A DNA stretch of 64,000 bases. Origin: Owenia fusiformis (Eukaryota). This document shows, in pieces, positions 24,401 to 39,400 of the stretch (the first letter of the stretch is position 1; every line of letters begins with the position of its first letter). The notes beneath the pieces are model-generated. The model was given only the letters and a program-made list of their open reading frames with translations, did not search any database and was not told the DNA's origin. A program made the translations under genes and the position numbers. The stretch is from assembly GCA_903813345.2 (NCBI GenBank), contig CAIIXF020000001.1:2170001-2234000 (forward strand), in the 5' to 3' direction.

Positions 24401-27400
24401 CTGTAAACATTGGACTCGAGAATGAGATTCCATCACATTTATGATACAGATAATTAAGTACTCACCATAATTCAACAATTAAATGAGCCCGTCTCTGTCG
24501 CTATTCACATTGACTTGTAATGGGTTCAGATTTTGCCGCGAAGATCTGCCCTACTCTGACGTCAGAGATTCTAGATTTGCTAATTATAATATTCATGAGC
24601 TGACTTTGGGGAAAGGTGAATAAAACACATCTTTTTTATGGTTTCTTGTTTTTGAAATATTGAAATAACCCTGAAAACTGAATTTTAATTCACTTCCATT
24701 TTGTTATCGTCTCGTATACCATTATTCTGCCCATCTAATTATAAAAAAAAATATGACTCCTTTTCCATTTTGACTGATAAGGGTACTGGATGAGCTTGGT
24801 CCATGTTTTAGCTTACAGGATTGCATTTCTCTAATTATGTTAATTATGTGAAATATATCATTTCTCATTGATTTTGAAAATAATAGGGTCTAGTTATTCA
24901 GCATCTGCGAATTATTGCCATTTATACCCCCTGGCTACTTTATGAGGGGGCACTATGATAATCATCAATTATTTCTGTTATATACCTTCAATAACATTCA
25001 TATTTCTAGGGATTATGTATATACCTATAATTACTTGCTATGCCAAGTTTGATAATGATTGGTCAAGTGATTGCCATAACAACACAACTTAAGTGCGAGA
25101 AATTGTAAATATTTTGGATAAATCTACCAGATCTTTAAAAGGTACACGACAAAGGTAAAAAAAGGCCATAACAGGGTCAGTAATTGATTAAGTAAACTGA
25201 ATGAACTTTTTTTGTTACAAATAATGTCAAATCTGCTTTCTTTTGTTTGTACTACATGTATGGTGTCATGATTTATGATCTTCATTGTTAATTACCTGCA
25301 AAGTGTACTTGTAAGAGATTGTCCCATTATTTCCACATTGTTATAACTATTTATCACATGATCAAAATTATGTATCTGATTGCCTACTCAAAGGTGGGCC
25401 TAATTTTTTCCTCATCTTGCACTTATAACAATGTGGCACTGGATATCTCCAAAGGGAGATGAAATCCATTGAAATGGACCTCAGAAATGAATTCCTTGTG
25501 AAAAATTTAGAAAGATAGTATACTTATCTCAAAACCTGTAAAAAGTGAGTTATAACAATGTGGAAATAATGGGACGAAATATATACACGTATGCCTGTGA
25601 ATCAAGTGTATGGTGTTCATCGTGTCTTTAATATCTTAAGGTTGTAGGATTGCATCGGATTTGCCATAGACTAAACACAAAGTAATCTCCATTTTATGCT
25701 TGATCTATTTCACTCTGAGTTGTACAATATGGTAACATTATAATCAATACAGAACTATATGCAGATATGTACATTTTGGTAATGGCACAATCAGTGCTAG
25801 CACAATCAAGTTATTACATTTTCCTCTCCTTAGAGAAATGTCTTTAATGATGATGTTTTACTAAAAACACGCAATTAATGTCATATAAGCAGGTTTTTGC
25901 TTGTATTGCTGAAATAATAATTAAGCAATCATATTGCTGTCTTTAACACAAAAGTAATTGTTTTTAAAAACTGAATCGTCATCTGTTATAATGCACTTTT
26001 CACATAGTCACTTTTAGGCTATTCATAGTTGAGTCTCTTAGGTGGATAGCGAGTCCTTGTAGGGTAGCGTTTCTCTGTCTGAGGTAACGGCTGATCTCCA
26101 CTAGAAGTATCTTCAGCGCCAACTCCAACTGGTACTCGGGTATGAGGCGATTCTGGTTGATCGGTGGATTTTAGATTTTGATTATCTAAACCCTGTGAAC
26201 AACTGTAGGTTTGAACAACCTGTACCCTTTGGTGATTCAATAACTGGAATTGGATTGGACAGAACTGATGCTGGGGAGATAACTGGTTGTGTTGGTTGAA
26301 CTGGTACAACATAATCACTGTATGATTCTAGATTGGTGACAGGAGTCTTTGATACTAAATCAGGCTCACCCGAAGAACTGATAATGTGATCAATATGAAT
26401 ATACCGATTTTTTCCTAACACACTGACAATATAGTTTAACAAACCACATCGTTTTACTACTTTGCCTTGTAACCATTTCTCTTTTCCTCCTTTTGGATTT
26501 TTGACAAAAACTACCTGACCAATTTGGAGTTCTCGCAATTTCTTTCTGCCTTTATCATGCTGAATTTTTTGTGAATGCTGTTTTTTCTCAACATTCTCAG
26601 TCAAATTTGGCCTAATCAAACTTAGTCTTGTTCGCGGTTCACGTTTCAAAAATAGCTCAGCAGGTGTTCTATTTGTAGTGGTTTGAGGCGTGATCCGATA
26701 TTTGAACAAAAATTCAGATAGCCTATGTGAAACATCTCGTTTGTCAGATACGTCTAACACTTGTTTTAGAAGCGCGCTTTTAACAATTTGAACGCTTCTT
26801 TCTGCAGCGCCATTTGTGGCTGCATGATATGGCGGAATAAGTATGTGTGTGATACCATTTCCCTGAATGAAGTTCCTGAAGGAATCACTTATTCCTTTAA
26901 AGTGGTTAACTGTGTGTCAAAACGCAACATATTGATGCAAGAAAAATTAAAAAAGCAAGGATGGAAGGGGTTGAAAATCAGGAAAACATTTCAGAAAAAA
27001 CATGTGGGTGGGTTATTTGCATCTACCCTGTCTCAAAGTCGAAATTATTTTATCATCTTTAGAAGTGATTTTCCTGGAGGTAACACATTCGCCTAACATA
27101 TGCACCTGTTTAAATCCCCAAGAAATGGCCGAAATCAAACATATGACTGTCCAAAATCTGTTGCGCTAACTTCCCTCCTCCTTTTGGTAGTATATTCACA
27201 ACATCTATCTATTTTACATGTATTCTGTGTTTTCCAGCATGACTCAGGAGCCATGTATGGGGGGGGGTTGTTAATTTTGAGATCTTTGTAAAGTATAGCT
27301 TTATTATACTCAAATGAAAGGCAATTTAGAGTAGATTGCAAATATTGTATTGCTTTTCTGATTCAGACATCCTAAAATTCAAAATGGCCCCTTAATCTGG

Positions 27401-30400
27401 TATTTCGCAATAATTTTCTGATCTTTTCAAAGTATGACTATATATAATACCCAAAATTGAAGAAATTTTAGAGTAGATGACAATGATGGTGTTGTTTTTC
27501 AGATTCTTGCTTCAGAAAATTCAAAATGACTGCCTGAAGCATGAACTCACTATTACTTAGATATCTCTCCAAAGTATGGTTACATTTTACTATACTATAT
27601 CTCAAATATTGTATTGTCTTTGTGCCTTTGAAACTCCTAAATGGTCACCCAAATGCTTAAACCGGAAATTCTGATATATCTCTAATGTATATCTCTAATA
27701 TCTGCCAATTTAATCAAGGGTAGAGAATATGGTAAATATTATATTGTGACATAAACAGATTCATGAATATAGCGTTCGTTAGGATTTGCTACTCTGTGGA
27801 GTTACCAATTTCTAGCAGCAATACTTTACAGGGTTTTTATACTCACCAGGTAACATTTACTATTAACTCACCAAGTAAAACTTTACTCACCATTTAAGTT
27901 ATGAGTTCAGAGTTTTATGATAAATAATAGCTGAGGGATATTTGCAAACATTTTTGGACAGCTTTATTTTTTTTGACTGGGAATATTGTTGGACCCCACA
28001 TTCCTCGTTTTACATTAGAACGATATGAATTTTACTGATAGATTGTGGATAAGTATGCCCATCTCCTCAGTTTTTTCCTCTCATTTAAAAAAAAGATCTC
28101 TTTTTCTCATTTTAACCATATAAAAGGGGTATGGAAAATTGACATATCCCATGTTATTTCCCCATGGGGAAACTCATACGGTCCATTTTTTATATCACAA
28201 TTAATACAAATGGTGACATATTGTTATAGTCTCCAACTTTTTGTGGACAAGTATTGGTAGGCGGTGGTCGGCGTCTGTAACGAATTTGCAGGTGGTGAGA
28301 TTTTGCCTTGTTTCAAATGGGATAATATCTCTAAAATTAGGCTTTCTATACCATTTTACATTTTCAGGAGCTTTTAGATCTCTTCTTGTTTGAGATATAT
28401 TGTATTTATGAAATAAAAGAAGATGAGAGAAATAAGATCTTCTTTAATGAGGAAAATATTTCTGAAAAACTAAGGAGGTGGGCTACTAATCAATGACCTA
28501 TTGGTTTAAAATAAATGACATTTTTATTATTTTTTGTGCTCAAGTTGTTTGCAATACACTTTCTGTTCTTATCCCACCGAACGAAGTTCGAGGGGGATAT
28601 AGAGAAGCCGTCCGTATAGGCTTATGCCTTATGAGTGTAGGACCTCTGCTCGAGAAGGATTTTTCAATATGGCTGCTCAATTTAAAATGGCCACCATTTA
28701 TCGCAAAAAATGTAATCGTTGATAACTCAAATACAAGTTGACGGATTTGGTTCAAATTTTATATGCTGATGCCTAGGGACAAAGGAGTTTCGCACAAAAA
28801 TAGATTTTCAAGATGGCCGCTTAATTTCAAAATGGTGGCCATTTTTCGTAAAAATATGTAATCTTTGATAACTCAAATACCAGTGAACGGATTTGGTTTA
28901 AATTTTATATGATGATGCTTAGGGACACAGTAGCTACGTTCGACAAAAAATTTTCAAGATGGCCACTTAATTTCAAAATGGCGGCAAAAAACGTAATCTT
29001 TGATAACTGAAATACTAGTGAACAGTTTTGGTTGAAATTTTATATGATTATGCCTAGGGACACAGTAGCTCTGTTCAAGAAATAATTTTCAAGATGGCGG
29101 CTGAATTTCAAGATGGCGGCCAATTTTCGTAATAAACGTAATCTTTGATAACTCATATACCAGTGAACGGATTTGGTTCAAATTTTATATGATGATGCCT
29201 AGGGACACAGTTGCTATGTTCGACAAAGAATTTTCAAGATGGCCGCTTTATTTCAAAATGACGGCAATTTTTCGTTAAAAAAACATAATCTTTGATAACT
29301 CAAATACCAGTGAATGGATTTGGTTCAAATTTTATATGATGATGGCTAGGGACACAGTTGCTTTGTTCAAAAATGAATTTTCAAGATGGCCACTTAATTT
29401 CAAAATGGTGGCCATTTTTCGTAAAAAAAACGTAAAATTGTTTGAATCAGACTGTAATAATGAATCATTTCTCTTGTATTTCGGATCTACTCTGTCTCAT
29501 TTGTTAATAAAAAATGCACTTTTCTTTGTTGTTACCATTTATTGCATTATTTTTTTTGTTTCATATTTATCCATAATATAAGTGTGTCAAAAATGTGGAT
29601 TTTCATGTTCGATTTTACCAATGCAATATTCTACTATTTATGGAACCTTTAACTCTTTCGACTGGGAATTAGCAAATTTGCTACATTGCTAAGGTCGGTA
29701 ATTAATTTCCTGAAAATTGTCTACTTTTGACCGATTTTATTCAAACAGTCATAACTTTTTATCTAGCTATCAGATGTTGATGAAATTTTCAGTACATGCT
29801 GTCAATATATTGTTCTAACATTTCAAACCATAGACTAGCATATTAGTAGCATATAGACTAGCAATTACATCATTGATCATGATATCAATGAGAAAAATAG
29901 AATAAAATTAAATAATATTCTATGTGATAATAAAAATAAAATAATACCATCCAAAAATCCAAATTAAATCATAATTTTTACCTCGTTTTATCAAGTATCG
30001 TTTCTACTGTCCAAATCATTGAATATTTGATCAAAATTGTCCTCAGTAGCCCTAATACACATGAGAGTTCGAGCTCTAGCAGCAGCCATTTTAAATCCCC
30101 TTTTCTTTATTTCAAATAATATCAGAGAAAACATAGGTTTATTCTATGAAAAAGTGACGAAATATGATAAACTTCCTGTTACATTTATGTTTCATCCAGT
30201 ACAAACATAATCCACTAGGTTAGACATAGCCTGACATCTATAAATGCAACGAAAAACTTATTAGCGTAGTACGTGTATAAAAGTCGACTGTAGTCGACAT
30301 CCCGCACTTACCAATAGGATGAATTAGTCGACGTCCCGGTCAAAAGAGTTAATCTCAGATTTAAGAGATGTCTTGGTGACAAATAAGAATAGATTAGGGA

Positions 30401-33400
30401 AGAGAAATCCTAACATCTGACTTAAAATAAAAAGATGTACTGAAACTTCAAGTGCTAGAAAAAGAATTTTTTATGATAGCATGTCACATCATAAGTATTC
30501 ATTTTGGCAAAAATGAGATAATACTTCTCTTCTATTTCCTGGTAATTTCTATCATAGTATTTCTAAAATAACAAGAAAGTACAGTATAAGTAGTATAAGT
30601 TTCGTTAGGTGGGATTTGCTACTCCATGGAGTTGCTGTTTTTCTAGTTAATAGTATAATTAGAAAAATAATGATGTTTCCCTTTTTGTAGGTCCTCCAAG
30701 TAAGATATTTGTGAAACAACAAGGTGAGATTGAGCTGGAGAATAATGGTATCCCTTCTTTAGATGTTGAGGTACAAGACATTGCAGGGAACCCTACTGCT
30801 CAACCTAAACTCAATGTTGTATGCAAGGTAAATAGTCAGAAGTCATACATACTCTATTGTGTTTGTATTCGTTAATGTATAAGTTCAATCAATTCCCTTG
30901 ACTATGCATTGTATAGTATCAACCCCCAAATTCTACAATTTATTAATATATTGTGATGTCACTTATATTTAGAATGATATAGTATTACTTAAATATTTGT
31001 ACATAAATCCAACTTGTACACATTACGAATTTCAATTTTATTTTATTTTAGTTTCAAGGAGTGCCAGGTCTCCCAGTATATACAGTGGACTGCTCCAATA
31101 CAGGGGGTGGCACTCTGACTGGTGATCCTATACAAATCAAACACATGAAAGGAGAACAGAAACTCATAGCAAAAATAGAATTACCTGTAAGTGAACTATT
31201 GATTAATTTATAATTTTATTTGCTGTTATTGGTGTTAGTAAATCTAGAGAAATGTGTGATGCCTTTAACTGCTTTCTAAACCAGTGTATTTCCTAAGGAA
31301 AAATTGCTTGCCGGACATACGGACCTGTGATTTCAGAATATCTCTGGTCCGTACCATCGTTTGCCGGACATACGGACCTGTACTTTTAAAACATGTCCAG
31401 TCCGTATCAACATCAATCAGACCGTAAATAAATTGCATTTATAAGGGATTTTCTAATGCCTCTAAAGTTTTGAAACATCGGATAAGCCTTCAAGATCAGC
31501 ATCACAGCCCTACTGATCAATAATATAAGCCACTGTCATTCTACTCTAAATCAGAACCAGAGCCATATAGGCTCTACTATGATCTCCCGAGACCGCTTTC
31601 ATTTGGAATTGTACCAAGCGTAACTCTAACTCCGCCTAGTTTGCACCTCTACGATGGAGCTTTGCGCTTGGTTGAAAACATTTTTAGAAAAAATGTTTAA
31701 CAAATCTCAACTCATCACCAATTAAGGTTATCTCGTCCCAAGACTATCTCTACGTTCTAGTCTTGCGAACGTCTTATTCTTTTGTCTGTACGATTACAAC
31801 ATGGGAGAATTTTCTACGCTACTTACACTTAAGATACCTATTTCAATAGATTCCTTGGTATTTTAGCTTTCTTTTTGTGTAGTTGAATCCACAATTGTGT
31901 GGGTTTATCGGCAGAATGAAGAGGTTTTCGTTTTTGATAGCAATATTTGCGTGTAATATTTAACTTATTTCAACCGTCAAATTCCTCCATTCAGTTCCCG
32001 GCATGCACTAGTCATAAGGAAAATCCCTGGGGAATTCCCCTTCCGACATTTTGAAAATTGCTGATATATTTCCGATGTAAAAACTAAAATCTCTTCGTTC
32101 TGCCGATAAACCCATACAATTGGCGATCTAACAACATAAAAAGAATTCTAAAATACTCTGGAATGTATCGAGGTAGGTCATTTAATAGTGCAATGCGTCG
32201 TTCATTCTCCGACATTGTAGAAAGACAGGCTTACCAATGATACCGGCGTACGACCACAATCTAAAGGGGTCGTAGGATGCGATAACAATTAAGGAATCCT
32301 AAATACATAAACATAACGCTAATTAATTCAACTCAAAACATAAGCAAAGTAAAAGAACATGAAGTCAACTACCTTGGAGAAGATGTGTATGAAGTGGAAC
32401 TGACACATAACCATCAGTATTTGAGTTATATTGTGCAAATTATCCTTGCCGATAAACCGGAAGTGAAAATCGAAAATGAAATTTCTTTATAATCTACATG
32501 ATTTGGTGTCTTTGAACAGGTAAACTATAACAATTATTAAATGTTTATGGTCAGGATCGTTAATATGATTTTAAGCAGAGTTTCAGCTCCCCTAGGAACC
32601 CGCAGGTGTCCTACGTTTACGAAATTAATGACAAAAGTCAAGAGAATAAATGTATGTCAAAGATTATAGGGGATTCCCCTTGTGCATGACCTTCACGCTG
32701 TTGCCAATATTACAAAACAACGATCCGAAATTTACCTCTCGTCTTGAAAACAAAATTTATTTGAAACATTTATTTAATTTTTTGCATTAATCAGAGTTGT
32801 CATTAGTATAGTGTGGAAAAGTCAGCTTCCAATCGTCGGACATGACTTGGAAAGTATGTTCACATGTCCAGTTAAGCCATCGGTCACGCGGTCCGGTAAT
32901 TTTCAATTTTTATAGGACCGTACGAAAATTGGTCGGTGTGGTCCGACAGTCCGGCGCTTAGGAAATACCCTGTTCTAAACATTCCAGAGCTCAGTTTATG
33001 ATATCAGCTTATATTTCAGAGATATTCAACAAAATGTCTTAGAACTTCTCTGCAACCTATCCAAAATGTCCATAATTATACACCTGATAAGAAAAAATAT
33101 TAATAAGGAATATGATTCATGTTGCACAAGAGGTGACTTTGGTAACAGAGGTGGGTGAAGATTCTTTTGATAACTAGATTTGGTATATTGACTAAAAACA
33201 TTAAATCAGTGGGAAGGTTGATTGTCAAGGAGCCAATGATTGGTTCTTCTTTGCTTGAACTCTTTCTGCCCTCCCCAGGGAATGATGAGTTGACCTTGCT
33301 GGGTGTGGTGGCTAATAACTACAAGGGACCCAATCGTAATGTTGATACCAATATTGTTGCAGGGTGTTAAAGGTGTTAACCCGACTGAAAGGATCCTAAG

Positions 33401-36400
33401 AGTGTTACCCAGCAGTCGACCATCTACCCTTATACTGACCTACACAGGGGAGGATGAGCAAGTTGTGGCCATCAAGAATAACCAAGAGTTGCACCGGACT
33501 GCAGGGGACTACCTTAAGGGATTAGGTAAGTTATCGGTATGATACTGTACTCCTGGTAATTTATAACGCTATGATATTTCACTGCTGTAAATTTTCTCTG
33601 ATTTGTGATTCAATAATAAATTCTATATTCTCTTCTTCAATGTTTTTCTTCAAATGAGTTATGTTCTTTTACTATTTAGCCTGTCGGCAAGCAAATCAAA
33701 TATATTATTACAGTATTCTATAAGATATTGATCTTTGCTCACAAATTGTGATTACATATATGTAATTTGTTGTCATTTGCTTCTTAAATGAGTCACTGTT
33801 TTCAGCATTCAAAGTGAAAGATGAGGCAGGGAAGGATATTGATATTGACAAAAAATTAGCTGATAAGATTAAGGTAAATCAATTTATGAAGTTGAAAAAA
33901 TGTGTAGTGAAAAGGTGTTTTGTTAAGATATTATCAAAAGTCTGTTAAAACGTTTCTTTATTTGTTTTGTTATAAATCCTGAGATATGCCTGTTTAAAAT
34001 ATGCTTATCTTTCATTGAAATTTTCACCAATCGATGGTTTTCAGTAGTTAAGCATAGATGACCCTGGTTATTTACTTAGTAATACTTGTTCTCACAGGTA
34101 AACTGGACATCCCTGAAAAACTTAAAGGAGTTTATTCTGAAGGGGACCTTACCTGATGTTCGTGTCCCAAACTCAAGTGCCGACAGCAAATATTGCCATA
34201 TGAACTTCACAGATGGTTCAGGGCTTGACTTCTCATTTACAATAAGGTTAGTTATCTTTTGAAGAACATGTCTTGTATTGTCATCTACACTCTTAAATTA
34301 AGAGTTTAGTATCATATTTCTTTGATCTTGCCAAAATATTCTGCTACATTCGTTCAAATACAAAATAACATGCATAAACACCTGCCAGGGGGTTGGGCCT
34401 TCATGAAATTAGTTCCTCAAAAATAAAACAATATGAACCTGTTTATTTCTCCAGATCTGAACCTGGTAAAGCTGCTATCATGAAGTCCAAGTTTGTTGGG
34501 GGTGTAGCAAGTGTCCGGATAGGGGATGTGTTGAACTCTCAAATCCACATAGTAGTCAAGGACAAATATGGAAATGAAGTAAAACAGGTAGGTACAATGA
34601 TGGTATTGTGAATTTCTAGTATAATGAAGTAATTTAAAGCATAATTTTACAATCAAAAGAGTCTGACATTGGCTGGCTAAAAGTACACTAGTGAGATCTT
34701 TGACTCACGGTTACATTTACATGATTTTGTGTTTACTGGTAACATGCATATTAGTCGTCCTGCTGAATTCATTTACTTTAATATTGTCTTTGTTCATTCC
34801 CTTATCTATTTCTCAGTCCAGACTCTTACAAGGATTGTTTTTGCTGCTATGAACTATTTAAAACCTTTAACTAGATGTATGTAATAGTCTATCCATACTG
34901 TCTTGATGTTGCTGAGAAATAAACACATACATTGCATAACATAGTACCAGTTACATACATACAGTTGATATGATCATATTGCAGCTCCCCCCAGAGGCTG
35001 CCAATGAACTAGAGGTCACTGGCGATGGTCTCAATGTTCCTGAGGTGGAGACATCTTCAAAGGTAAACTATTATGGATTACTAATTCATATAAGATTATA
35101 AAATCAAAATCATTTCAGTTCATTGTATTTATACAAGAAATGCAATGTACGCATGATCATACAGGCATCAATTGTATCGTCAATTTGCAACATTTTGTTT
35201 TAGGGCAGTTGTTTTGTTGTGACGGGTGTAAGATTTGAGGGTGGTAATCTAGGACTGCGTGAGGTGACATTTACCTGGAGGGATATAACAGACTATGTGA
35301 GGGTTCAGCTGCAGCCAGGAGCACCTTCCAAGATTATATTACCTGGTTGGAACATGGAACAGGTACAACTTAATCATTCTGAATGTTCTATATTCTGAGA
35401 GCGAGTTCTAAACTCCATTTCATTTTGATTTCGCTTCAGGCCTTATTTGGAGAAGCAGTTGTCTAGTTAGTTAAATTGAAACAAGGATCGAATCATATGC
35501 TAAGGGCTGATGTGAAAAAATCCACCGAAAAAAACACACTTCACCTTGGTGGGAATCAAAGGCACAACCTCCCGATTAAATCCAGCGTTCTAAAACAATT
35601 GTGACACATGCTGTATAGTGTACATTTTGTATATGTATTTGAACAATGATGTGGAGATTTCATTATTTAGCCCCATTTGTTTATATTCAGCCATTATCAG
35701 TGACTAATCTCAAGAAGTTATCTACTCCAATAATGGTTCAGTTGACTGACAAATCTGGTAACCCAACACATGAACCAAACCTAAGAGTGCAGCTTGCTAA
35801 AGATGTCGGCCTCAAGGTATGTAGGGGGGTGTAGGCCAGGGGTTTGATGTTACAACTATTATTATTCATACGTCGAAATAGGATATTATATACCTCACTG
35901 TAATCTACATAAAGTTTGTCCATTTAATGAAATTAAGTTGATATGTGATAACAGGCATATCCCCACAATATCAATAATATCTTTCTTTGAGGTAAGTTTA
36001 AGTTATTTTCATGAATACATTCCTGATATTTGAAAACTCTCATAATATTTCCTCATTGTAAAGATAACATTTACATGTATTATTAACCCGGAGCTTGTGC
36101 TGAGGACTTGAGAGAAACTGGAGAGGTTAAGCTATTTGCATTTATAATCGAAACTGAACCTGTACATATCACTCGACCATATACAAATTCATGTAGCCTT
36201 CTCATATAAATAGCCGTTCAAATCCAGTGTTTGTTTAGACTACACCATAGCGTGTAATGATTCTATAGTATGTCATTGATGCGGTTTTATAGCTGGTTTT
36301 CTAATACATATTTTAAACGAGCTCGTTTCGTAAGATTTTTGGCGCTAAATCATGCATGACATACATCATCGTGTTCAGCAAGAATTCAACTGTGCATCGA

Positions 36401-39400
36401 AATCAAAATTGACAGCATAGTGTTCAATAGACATGAGTAAAATGGTTCCCGTTGACCCAAATCTCCCGTTCTAAACCCGAAACTCTAAGCTGAAAGAGTA
36501 TCTGAAGTAGACTAAGCGCGCATAAAACTATGAGCGCTCGATACATTCCTTTGTTAATTTTTGTACTTTGCGTTCACGGTTACGTTGTGAAAAACATCGT
36601 TAGCTTAACCTCTCCACTGATGAAAACAACTACAGACAAGATCCAATGTTGTCTTCATCTATCAATGAAAATATCAGCTAGACTATTTCTATAGATGACT
36701 AGTTTAATGTCTATCGATGATTAACCCTTTGGGACCTGGATGAATCAGCTCATGCAATATCTTACTTGAATGATTCTATGATTGAATTTTCAGTTGACTC
36801 CTGCGCCCATACCATTAAAAACTGATGCAAAAGGTTGTGCTAACTTTGGACAGCCCTGTGTAGAGGGAAAAAGGTAGACACAGTCTCTATTATGTTTATA
36901 GTCTCTGATGTATTAGTAAATTAAATGAAAAACTATAAATTATATTGATGAAATAAATTGTTGAGATATGTTATTGACTTCATTTCAAAATGCACAAAAT
37001 GCATAAAAATAGTTGCATCTTATAGAAATTCTATATTTGTTTTATCAAAGCAATTGTTCATTACATTGTTTTACAACAAGTAAATGGCAAAGTTTGTTTG
37101 CAATCTACCAGAATCATTTCCAAAATTTAACTTTATTGTTCAGTTTATATGCACATGTTGCTTCATTTACTCCAGAGGGCTATATGAAGTGCAGCCCAAG
37201 GCATTTATAGGAAGAAATTGTATATCAGGACCCAAGATCAGAATAAGTATTCAGCCAGATTCATCTAAACCTTCAGAATTGGTTGTGGAATATGACAAGA
37301 ATGTAGAGTTCAACATTGGGGGAGTTCTCCCAGGTTAGTTTCAATTTATTTTATGTTTCGTTTTTTCTACATGGAGTTTTCATGTGTTTAGAATATTTTA
37401 AATTGTGATCTTTTGTACATATTTTGTGACTCATTGGTCTAAAAAACATCACATATGAACAAGTATATCACTGTGATTTCCTTCAAATATTGTTATACGA
37501 GTAATGAACAAATTTGATAATATGCTTGTGGTTTCAATGCGCACTGTGTATTTGTTTTATATGGCAACATTAAGAAATAGGAATGGTGATAATTGCGCAC
37601 TTTTGTGGAGTAAACTAGTGCTTGATTTTTGATTAACCGTATCTAACTGGAGTAACTAATCCTAATTGATATACTTTAATGAACTTCCAGATTATGTAGT
37701 AAAGGTGCTATCTGAAGATGACACTCCTATGAACACAGCAAAGACATCAGCATTACATATGTACATGTGGCCAAAACCATATGCCCAAAAGTCAGAAAAG
37801 ATCCCTCCATATGTAAGTGTTTTTATGAAGACCAAAAGTGATTTTTATAACCTACAATAAATTATAATGTTAAACTTGTGTAGATATCAAGGACTTTTAA
37901 GTCATATGTTTTGGAAACATTGGATAATAAATCGACTGCAGTTTCTTCATCTAGATAGTTAAATGGTGTTTATTTGTGCATACACTGAATTTAATACTTA
38001 TATTAATTTTGCAGGCTTTGAAACAGTCCCCAGACCCCAGAAGAAGGAATGATGAAGGTGGAGTCTTTAGGTTCAGGTTAGTTTGCATTCATTATTTCAT
38101 TTACTAAAATAAACTCACAATATGTTCCATGGTTGAAGACTTCATTAAGGAAGAATTATCATTCACTTAATTCAATCTTCCAGTTTGGTTTAGTTTCAAT
38201 ATTGTTGCTTATAGGCTGAATCCTGTCCAGTTTTTTAGAAATCAGAAATTCTAATTAGGCAACATGCTGAAGGGTAAAAGGTCTTGCAGAAGTAATGTTT
38301 AACAGTTGATATACTTTATTTTTACATTTTCAGAGAGAGGAAAATCCCTGAGAAAGCAGTACCCCATTGTATTGTGTTCAGTTACCAGGATGGCAACATT
38401 GACATCCAGACCAATCAGATCATGATTAATATTAACCCCGGACCTCCTGCTAAATTGTGCCCCAATGAGAACATGGGAATGCCAGTGGTGTCCAATGCAA
38501 AGAATAAAGATCTGAGATGCGTTTTCAAAAGTTTAACATTGAGCATCCAAGTAAGTTTTTTTCATAATTTGGTGTCTAATTTCAGTGTCTGTAACATGCT
38601 GGTTAAATTACTTGGCAGCCATTTTGAATTTGGTTGTAGCTTGTTTGGAATAAACGCATGTAGTGACTGAGGTACCTTTTGTTTCTAGGACACCTATGGT
38701 AACCAGGTTGGTGGTGACTTAGATGGCTCGGTTACCATTGAGATCATAGGAGACAAGAAGACCAGTGAGATTCCTCTGTTCCAGGGCAAGTCTAATACTG
38801 TCACATGTGCCATGACCAAGGGGACTTCATGTATACAGGTGAGCATTTGGAAACACAGTAACACCTGTCTAATTTAAACACCACTTGGGCTGGCCAAAAT
38901 TGATAACATTCGCAGATTTTTGATTTGAATTACATGAAAAAACTGTTAGAATGGTATTTTGATAATATAGAGAGATGGTTGGGTATGCCAATTTCATTTT
39001 TCATGCACATGATTGAATATATGGGTGACCCATATTATTTGGTAACAAAACACAACCAAAATATTATTTCATGTTTTTATTAATATTCAATATTCAACTC
39101 CTGAATGTATTATTAGCCCTCCCTGAAGGGCTATTTTTAATAAGAAGTTGAAAATACTAGTGACTAAAGTGTGAAAATTGTCAAAAGTTAAGAGCAATTG
39201 CAAATAACACATATGTAGACATTTTATTTATAAAGTGTATTTGAAACACTTTATTCCATTTCTCCTAATTTCTTCTTTTACATGTTCCCATAGAGGGGTT
39301 TGTATTGGCCCAATCTCATATGAAACTTAAATTTCAACCCAGGACTGATTTAGATGGGAAGTGAGGAACATATAGTGCATACATGATTTGATTTTACTTT

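Noticed and set aside
35500-35600. tRNA-like segment on the minus strand
   Set aside because: Only a degenerate B-box/T-arm-like motif and no cloverleaf; at most a decayed SINE head.
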